Part shown: positions 57,713 to 64,000 of the stretch, one piece after another
Numbering within the stretch: position 1 is the first letter of the stretch
How the letters are laid out: the number at the start of each line of letters is the position of its first letter
NCBI GenBank assembly: GCA_963758635.1
Contig: CAVWWD010000008.1
Coordinates: 544,001 to 608,000 of the forward strand
Length of the DNA stretch: 64,000 bases
Origin: an uncultured Candidatus Rokubacteria bacterium
GTDB lineage: Bacteria > Methylomirabilota > Methylomirabilia > Rokubacteriales > CSP1-6
Reading direction: 5' to 3'
Translations under genes and position numbers: made by a program
The notes under the pieces: model-generated
Seen by the model: the letters and a program-made list of their open reading frames with translations, nothing else
The model's database searches: none
What the model was told of the DNA's origin: nothing

Positions 57713-58360
57713 TCAGGCTGCCCCTTCCTCCATCCGGGCGATCTCGATGCGCCGGGAGAGGAAGTAGGCGAAGAGGAGGAGGAAGGCCAGCCAGTTGACG
57801 GCAAGCACGGCCTTGATCACGGGCGCGATGGGCGAGGGCTCCGGCCCCAGGATCGTGGAGGGCTGGTGCAGGGCGCGCCACCACTTCACCGAGAAGTGCA
57901 CGATCGGGATGTTGGCGGCGCCCAGGATGCCCACCACCGCCGCGTACCGCGCGCGGCGCTCCGGCTCGTCCACCATGGCGCGCAGCAGCAGGTATCCGAG
58001 GTACACGAGGAACAGGACGGCGGTCGAGGTCAGGCGCGCGTCCCACGTCCACCACGTCCCCCAGGTGGGCTTGCCCCAGATCGACCCCGACACGATGGTG
58101 ACACCGGTGAAGAGCACACCGAGCTCCGCCGCCGAGACGGCGAGCCGGTCCCACCGGCCGGCGCGCGTGGCCAGGTAGCCGACGCTGCCGATCAGCGTCA
58201 GCGCGAACGCCAGGTACGCGGTCAGCACGGCGGGCACGTGCAGGTACATGATCCGCTGGACGTTGCCCTGGATGGCCTCGCGCGGCGCCACGCCGAAAGC
58301 GAGGGCCAGGCCGGCGAGGAGGCCGAGGACGGCGAGGACGCCGATCACGCGGGTGAGCAT
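57713..58360 (-). CDS. ccmC: Heme exporter CcmC
   Basis: IMYLHVP, WGKPTWGTWWTWDARLT, SVKWWRALHQ. Confidence 0.95.
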   Translation of the reverse strand: MLTRVIGVLAVLGLLAGLALAFGVAPREAIQGNVQRIMYLHVPAVLTAYLAFALTLIGSVGYLATRAGRWDRLAVSAAELGVLFTGVTIVSGSIWGKPTWGTWWTWDARLTSTAVLFLVYLGYLLLRAMVDEPERRARYAAVVGILGAANIPIVHFSVKWWRALHQPSTILGPEPSPIAPVIKAVLAVNWLAFLLLFAYFLSRRIEIARMEEGAA

Positions 58361-58366
58361 AGCATC

Positions 58367-58487
58367 TTGCGAAGCGAGCCGAAGGCGAGCGGAGCGCATA
58401 TGGAAATGCAGTGGAACCCACCGCAACGCTGTTCCGATGGCGGGGGTTCCACTGCATTTCCATATACGCTCGCTCGCCATGGCTCAC
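58367..58487. repeat. Inverted pair of REP-like repeats (BIME-like hairpin) between ccmB and ccmC
   Basis: Perfect 22-bp inverted repeat ATATGGAAATGCAGTGGAACCC (58398-58419 and 58444-58465) within longer imperfect arms. Confidence 0.92.
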
Positions 58488-58493
58488 GTGGAG

Positions 58494-59174
58494 TCAGACC
58501 TCGATCACAAACTCGAAGGTCAGGAGACCCACCACGAGGTAGACGAGGTCGGCGGCGACCAGGAGCTTGATCCACTGCGCGGAGTCGGCGAGGGGCTGGC
58601 CCTGGAGCACCGCTTCGGTGGCGCTCACCGTGGCGAGCAGGATCGGCACCTGCGCGGGCAGCAGCAGGACCGGGAACAGCACCTCTCGCGCGCGCACCTG
58701 GGCCGTCATCGCGGCGAACAGCGTGCCCACCGCGGAGAGCCCGATCGTGCCGAGAGCCAGCACCACGACGAGGGGACCCACCGCGGGGGGCGCGTCCAGG
58801 TTGAAGAACACGCCGAAGAGCAGGAGGATCACCGCTTCGACCACCGCCATCAGCGCGATGTTCGACAGGAGCTTGCCGAGAAAGATGGCGGACTTGTCGC
58901 CCGAGGTGAGGAGCAGCCCCTCCCAGCAGTCGTTGTCGCGCTCGATCACCCAGCTCCGGCCCAGCCCCAGGAGCCCGGTGAGGACGAAGCCCAGCCAGAG
59001 GAGCCCGGGCAGGGCCGCCTGGACGCGCTCGCGATCCGGACCCAGCGTGAACTGGAACAGGAACAGCAAGAGCAGCGAGAAGAAGAGGACGGCGTTCAGG
59101 CTCTCCTTCGAGCGGCGCTCGATGAGCAGGTCCTTCCAGACCACGATCCAGGCGCGACGCGCGTAGAGCGTCAT
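58494..59174 (-). CDS. ccmB: Heme exporter CcmB
   Basis: WKDLLIE, LPGLLW, E.DN...GL, L.PVLL.P. Confidence 0.92.
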   Translation of the reverse strand: MTLYARRAWIVVWKDLLIERRSKESLNAVLFFSLLLLFLFQFTLGPDRERVQAALPGLLWLGFVLTGLLGLGRSWVIERDNDCWEGLLLTSGDKSAIFLGKLLSNIALMAVVEAVILLLFGVFFNLDAPPAVGPLVVVLALGTIGLSAVGTLFAAMTAQVRAREVLFPVLLLPAQVPILLATVSATEAVLQGQPLADSAQWIKLLVAADLVYLVVGLLTFEFVIEV

Positions 59175-59890
59175 GGGCGGAGGGGTGCCGCATCGCCCTC
59201 GGTGAGGGCGTCGTAGACGCGGCGCAGCTCGTCGGCGGGCAGGTCGGACGCCGGCTGCTCGAGCGCGAATCGGCCGCCGACCAGGATCGCGACCCGATCG
59301 GCGACGGCCAGGCCGCCGCCGAAGCTGTGCGTGGCCAGGACGACGGCGCCGCCCCCCGACCTGAACCCCAGCAGGAACTCCGTGAGCCACTTGCTGCCCT
59401 GGCGGTCCAGGCCGGTGAACGGTTCGTCGAGCAGCAGGATCCGCGCGCCGCCGAGGAGCACGCGAGCGAGGCCGAGCCGACGTTTCATGCCCGCGGAGAA
59501 GGTGCGGGCGCGGTCGTGGGCCACGGCGTCCAGCTCGACCTCCGCCAGGGCCTCGCGCAGCCGGGCCGGGCTGGCGTCGCCTCCGCCCATGACCGTCCAG
59601 AAGCGGAGGTTCTCGAGGGCGGTCAGGTCTTCGTAGACATAGGACCCGTGGCCGACCACGCCCACGAGGGCCCGGGCGCGTTCCGGCTCGCGCAGGGCGT
59701 CGATGCCTCCCACGCGGAGCGTCCCCGCGCTCGGCCGCAGGAGGGTCGCGAGGATGCGGAGGAGCGTGGACTTGCCGGCGCCGTTCGGTCCGAGGAGGGC
59801 CAGGGACTCGCTGGCGCCGAGATCCAGGGACACCCGGTCGAGGACGAGGTTCAGGCCGAACGACTTGCGGATCTCGCGAGCGGCGATCAT
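59171..59890 (-). CDS. ccmA: Heme ABC exporter ATP-binding CcmA
   Basis: GPNGAGKS, FSAGMKRR, LLDEPF. Confidence 0.92.
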   Translation of the reverse strand: MIAAREIRKSFGLNLVLDRVSLDLGASESLALLGPNGAGKSTLLRILATLLRPSAGTLRVGGIDALREPERARALVGVVGHGSYVYEDLTALENLRFWTVMGGGDASPARLREALAEVELDAVAHDRARTFSAGMKRRLGLARVLLGGARILLLDEPFTGLDRQGSKWLTEFLLGFRSGGGAVVLATHSFGGGLAVADRVAILVGGRFALEQPASDLPADELRRVYDALTEGDAAPLRP

Positions 59891-59964
59891 GCCGTGGCCT
59901 GGGGCCTGCAGGCTACCCAGAGGTCAGGCGGGAGGAGCGGCGGGCGCTCCTCCCCCGCTTTCCG

Positions 59965-60819
59965 TCAAACGGCCATGGCGCGGAGCCGGGCCACCCGCTC
60001 CGCGATCGGAGGATGCGTCGAGAACAGGCCGGCAAGGCCGCCGCCGCTCAGCGGATTGACGATGTAGAGATGCGCGGTGGCCGGGACCGGGCGCATGTGC
60101 CCCATGGACGCGGCCATCTCCATCTTCTCGAGCGCCTTCGCGAGCCCCCAGGGCTGGCCGGCGATCCGGGCGCCGGTGGCGTCGGCGTGGTACTCACGCG
60201 CGCGCGAGATGGCGAGCTGCACGAGCGTGGCCGCGATCGGCGCCACGATGGCCATGGCGAGCGCGCCGAACATGCCACCGCCGTGCCCCTCTTCGTCGCT
60301 GTCCCGGCGATGCCCGCCGAAGATCGCGGCGAACTGCGCCATGTGGGCGATGTAGGTGATGGCGCCGGCCAGCGTGGCCGCGACCGTCATGATGAGCGTG
60401 TCGCGGTTCTTGATGTGGGCCAGCTCGTGCGCGATCACGCCCTCGAGCTCGGTGTCGTCGAGGATCCGCGTGATGCCCTGGGTGACGGCCACCGCGGCAT
60501 GCTCGGGGTTCCGGCCGGTGGCGAAGGCGTTCGGGGTGTCCTCGGGAATCACGTAGAGGCGGGGCATCGGGAGGCCGGCGCGGGTGGCGAGCCGATGGAC
60601 CATGCCGTACAGCTGGGGCGCCTGGGCCTCGTCGACCGGCTGCGCGCCCGACATGGCCAGCGCGATCCGATCGGAGAACCAGTAAGCGCCCAGGTTCATG
60701 ACTCCCGCCATGACCAGGCCGAGGAGCATGCCCTGGCTCCCGCCGAGAGCTCCGCCCAGCAGGACAACGATGCTGGTGAGTACCCCGAGAAGGAGCGCGG
60801 TCTTGAAGATATTTCCCAT
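59965..60819 (-). CDS. htpX: Zinc metalloprotease HtpX
   Basis: [30 protein letters not shown]. Confidence 0.95.
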   Translation of the reverse strand: MGNIFKTALLLGVLTSIVVLLGGALGGSQGMLLGLVMAGVMNLGAYWFSDRIALAMSGAQPVDEAQAPQLYGMVHRLATRAGLPMPRLYVIPEDTPNAFATGRNPEHAAVAVTQGITRILDDTELEGVIAHELAHIKNRDTLIMTVAATLAGAITYIAHMAQFAAIFGGHRRDSDEEGHGGGMFGALAMAIVAPIAATLVQLAISRAREYHADATGARIAGQPWGLAKALEKMEMAASMGHMRPVPATAHLYIVNPLSGGGLAGLFSTHPPIAERVARLRAMAV

Positions 60820-60894
60820 CGTGCCGTCCTCCCGCACGCATGCTAGCAGCCCAGGACCCGTCAAGCAAGCCCGCGCCGGGGAAGCCTTTTCGGG

Positions 60895-60923
60895 TTGACA
60901 AGCCCCATACCCCCGTCTATACT
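60895..60923 (+). promoter_or_regulatory. Near-consensus sigma70 promoter of the yceD-rpmF-plsX-fab operon
   Basis: TTGACA-N17-TATACT. Confidence 0.8.
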
Positions 60924-60979
60924 GACCCGGAAATTTCAAAAAATCCCTTACAAGACAGAATGTTAAGCGAAGCTCAATC

Positions 60980-61492
60980 ATGATCGTCCGCGTCTCAGAC
61001 ATCCCCGAGGACGGCCTCCACATCGACTCTCCCGAGCCTCTGGCCGGCGCGTTTCCCGAGGCCTCCTGGTCGCTCCGAGAGGTCGCTCTCCACGTCCAGA
61101 AGGAAGGTGAGGACGTCGTCGTCGAGGGCAGCCTGACGGCGAGCGTTCCCCAGGTCTGCGGCCGCTGTCTCGAGTCGTTCGACCTCATGGTCACGCCACA
61201 GGTCACCACACGCTTCGTCCCGGCCCAGGCGGCCAGCTCGGGCGAGCACGAGCTCGGCGCGGACGACCTCGAGACCGACACCTACGACCATGGCCAGCTC
61301 GACCTGGCGCGGCTGGTGGAGGCCGAGACCATCCTCGGGCTGCCCATGAAGCCGCTCTGCCGGGAAAACTGTCTCGGGCTGTGCTCCGTGTGCGGCGCGA
61401 ACAGGAACGTCACCCCCTGCGCGTGCGAGGCCCCTGCCTCGGACCCGCGCTGGGCCTCACTCCAGAAGCTGGCCGAACGCCTCTCGCGCTGA
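60980..61492 (+). CDS. yceD: DUF177/YceD family protein
   Basis: CGRCL, LPMKPLC...C.GLC..CG.N, DPRW; directly upstream of rpmF. Confidence 0.92.
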   Translation: MIVRVSDIPEDGLHIDSPEPLAGAFPEASWSLREVALHVQKEGEDVVVEGSLTASVPQVCGRCLESFDLMVTPQVTTRFVPAQAASSGEHELGADDLETDTYDHGQLDLARLVEAETILGLPMKPLCRENCLGLCSVCGANRNVTPCACEAPASDPRWASLQKLAERLSR

Positions 61493-61553
61493 ACCCTTCC
61501 CGCGGGATATCATGCGGCGGGCGCCGACTGCCTGAAAGGACAGGAACCGACCG

Positions 61554-61736
61554 ATGCCACTGCCAAAGCGACGACATTCCAAGACGCGCGGGCGCAAGCG
61601 CCGCACGCACTACAAGATGGGCGCGCCGCCGCGCGCCGTCTGTCCGCAGTGCCGGGAGACGAAGCTCCCTCACCAGGTCTGCCCGCACTGTGGCTTCTAC
61701 AAGGGGCGCGAGGTGCTCGAGGTGGAAGGCACCTAG
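61554..61736 (+). CDS. rpmF: 50S ribosomal protein L32
   Basis: PKRRHSKTR..KRRTH, CPQC...PH.VCPHCGFYKG. Confidence 0.97.
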   Translation: MPLPKRRHSKTRGRKRRTHYKMGAPPRAVCPQCRETKLPHQVCPHCGFYKGREVLEVEGT

Positions 61737-61754
61737 CGGCCCTCGGGCCCGGCC

Positions 61755-62780
61755 ATGAAGATCGCACTCGACGCGATGGGAGGCGACTTCGGGCCCGCCG
61801 TTGTCGTCGAGGGCGCCGTCGCCGCCGCGCGTGAGTTCGGTCTCGCCTCCGTCCTGGTCGGCGACAAGGCCGCGGTCGAGCGTGAGATCCTCCGTCTCAA
61901 CGCGCAGGAGCTCCCCCTCTCGATCCGTCACGCCTCGCAGGTGGTCGGCATGGCCGAGGCGCCCTCCCAGGCCCTCCGTCGCAAGCGCGACTCGTCCCTC
62001 CGCGTCGCCGCCGACCTCGTCAAGGACGGCGAGTGCCACGCCCTCGTCTCGGCCGGCAACACCGGGGCGGCCATGGCCATCGGCATGGTCGTGCTGGGCG
62101 TCCTCCCCGGCGTGGACCGTCCCGCCATCGCCGCGACGCTGCCGAGCCTGAGCGGCTACACCGTGCTCCTCGACGCGGGCGCCAACGTCGACCCCAAGCC
62201 GCGTCACCTGGTCCAGTGGGCCGTCATGGGCCACGTGTACTCCCGCGACATCATCGGCGTGTCCAACCCCCGCGTCGGCCTCCTGTCCGTGGGCGAGGAG
62301 GAAGGCAAGGGCAACGACCTCGTGCGTGAGGCGTTCGAGCAGCTCCGCGGGTCGTCGGTCAACTTCATCGGCAACGTCGAGGGCCGCGAGATCTACAACG
62401 GCCGGTGCGACGTGGTCGTCACCGACGGCTTCACCGGCAACGTGTGCCTGAAGATCTCGGAGAGCCTGGCCGAGATGCTCACGTCGATGATCCGCGAGGA
62501 GCTGACGCGCGACATGGTGTCGCGCGCCGGCGCCGCGCTCTCCCGCGCGGCCTTCGCGCGCATGAAGAAGCGCGTGGACTACACGGAGATGGGCGGGGCG
62601 CCGCTGCTCGGCATCAACGGCGCGTCGATCATCTGCCACGGCGCCTCGCCGGTGAAGGCCATCAAGAACGCGCTGCGGGTGGCCGCGGAGTGGGTGAAGC
62701 ACGACGTGAACGAGCACATCAAGACCGCCCTCGAGGCCGAGGTGACGCTCGCCGAGGGGCGCGAAGGAGGGCGGGAATGA
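61755..62780 (+). CDS. plsX: Phosphate acyltransferase PlsX
   Basis: IALDAMGGD, SAGNTGA, LDAGAN, DGFTGN, GGAPLLG. Confidence 0.97.
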   Translation: MKIALDAMGGDFGPAVVVEGAVAAAREFGLASVLVGDKAAVEREILRLNAQELPLSIRHASQVVGMAEAPSQALRRKRDSSLRVAADLVKDGECHALVSAGNTGAAMAIGMVVLGVLPGVDRPAIAATLPSLSGYTVLLDAGANVDPKPRHLVQWAVMGHVYSRDIIGVSNPRVGLLSVGEEEGKGNDLVREAFEQLRGSSVNFIGNVEGREIYNGRCDVVVTDGFTGNVCLKISESLAEMLTSMIREELTRDMVSRAGAALSRAAFARMKKRVDYTEMGGAPLLGINGASIICHGASPVKAIKNALRVAAEWVKHDVNEHIKTALEAEVTLAEGREGGRE

Positions 62781-63758
62781 CGCGTGCCAGGATCGTCGGG
62801 ATCGGCGCCTACGCCCCGCAGCACGTCCTCACCAACGCCGACCTCGAGAAGATGGTCGCGACCTCCGACGAGTGGATCGTGCAGCGCTCCGGCATCCGCG
62901 AGCGCCGCATCGTCGCGCCCGACGAGGCCACGTCCGACCTGGCTCTGCGCGCGGCCCAGCAGGCGCTGGAGCGGGCCGGCGTGGGCCCGAAGGAGATCGA
63001 CTTCATCGTCGTGGGCACGACGACGGGCGACATGGCGTTCCCGACCACCGCCAACCTCGTCCAGCACCGGCTGGGGTGCCGGAACGCCGGCTCCGCCGAC
63101 GTGTACGCGGCGTGCGCGGGCTCGGTGTACAGCCTCTCGGTCGGCGCGCAGTACATCCAGACGGGCAAGTACCGGACGGTGCTCTGCATCGGCGCCGAGA
63201 CCCTGTCGCGCATCGTCGATTACACCGATCGCGGCACGTGCATCCTCCTCGCCGACGCGGCGGGGGCGGTGGTGCTCCGGCCCTCGCGACGACGACTCGG
63301 GCATCATCGACACCGACCTCTACTCCGACGGGAAGTACTGGCCGTTGCTCTACCAGCCCGCGGGCGGGTCGGCGCGACCGGCCACGCACGAGACCGTCGA
63401 CCAGCGCCTGCACTACGCGAAGATGAAGGGCAACGAGGTGTTCAAGGTCGCCGTGCGCATGTTCGGCGACTGCGCGGAGCGTATCCTCGCGAAGAACGGC
63501 TTCACCGTGCAGGACGTGTCGCTGTTCGTCCCGCACCAGGCGAACCTCCGGATCATCGAGGCCGCGGCGAAGCGGCTCGGGCTGCCCATGGAGCGGGTGA
63601 TGGTGAACGTGGAGCGCTACGGCAACACCGGCGCCGCGTCGGTCTACGTCGCCCTCGAGGAAGCGTGGGTCGGAAAACGCGTGAGCACGGGCGATCTCGT
63701 CCTGCTGGCGGCCTTCGGCGGCGGCTTCACGTGGGGCGCGGCCCTCCTCCGCTGGTGA
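62777..63758 (+). CDS. fabH: 3-oxoacyl-ACP synthase III (frameshift near 63285)
   Basis: TSDEWI, AACAG, DRGTCIL, PHQAN.RI, YGNT, FGGGFTWG. Confidence 0.93.
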
Positions 63759-63762
63759 CGGC

Positions 63763-64000
63763 ATGAGCGGCCCCGCGGGCGCGCCCCGCATCGCGTTCCT
63801 CTTCCCCGGCCAGGGCTCGCAGTCGGTGGGCATGGGACGGGACCTCGCCGCCGCCTCCCCCGAGGCCGCCGCGGTGTGGCGGCAGGCCGACGAGGCGCTC
63901 GGCTTTCCGCTCTCGCGCCTGTGCTTCGAGGGCCCGGAGGCGGAACTGGTGCTCACCGCGAACACGCAGCCCGCGGTGCTGACGGCGAGCGTGGCCGCGG
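63763..64000 (+). CDS. fabD: Malonyl-CoA:ACP transacylase (partial, runs off window)
   Basis: FLFPGQGSQSVGMG, LCFEGP, T.NTQPA. Confidence 0.92.
   Translation, partial: MSGPAGAPRIAFLFPGQGSQSVGMGRDLAAASPEAAAVWRQADEALGFPLSRLCFEGPEAELVLTANTQPAVLTASVAA

Noticed and set aside
58361..58487. N-terminal extensions of CcmC (and of the iron permease at 52006-52062) predicted by the ORF track
   Set aside because: They are translations of the intergenic repeat; family homology starts downstream

Overview
High-GC bacterial chromosome segment. Gene content and style fit Candidatus Rokubacteria/Methylomirabilota, but that is inference only. Many single-base indels, including in ligA and fabH, look like long-read assembly noise. 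0-6.4 kb: an imuA'-imuB-dnaE2 mutasome operon carrying an extra coupled HAD hydrolase, an antisense hicBA module not recovered by the ORF track, and a 144-aa mini-intein in DnaE2. 6.5-8.1 kb: an unannotated decayed integron, i.e. the 3' stub of an intI gene co-oriented with two toxin-antitoxin cassettes, each closed by a canonical attC. 8-23 kb: a co-directional run of small enzyme genes, then DUF72/FmdB/GNAT/mshA-like genes. 23-35 kb: phnA, a dimethylglycine-dehydrogenase-like FAD/GcvT gene and phnW, followed by a Dpp/Opp-type ABC transporter (candidate N-methylated aminophosphonate catabolism). 35-48 kb: ferredoxin, a sigma54-type promoter ahead of a stand-alone Fis-HTH, a Cys-less thiolase/DUF35/CoA-transferase/cimA/Fe-S hydro-lyase cluster and assorted enzymes. 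48-64 kb: ligA, an Fe3+ ABC transporter with a DtxR/IdeR-like box, a full ccm operon, htpX and yceD-rpmF-plsX-fabH-fabD. A ~60-bp REP-like repeat occurs at least 7 times, once inside the dnaE2 coding region. No rRNA, tRNA or CRISPR was recognised.
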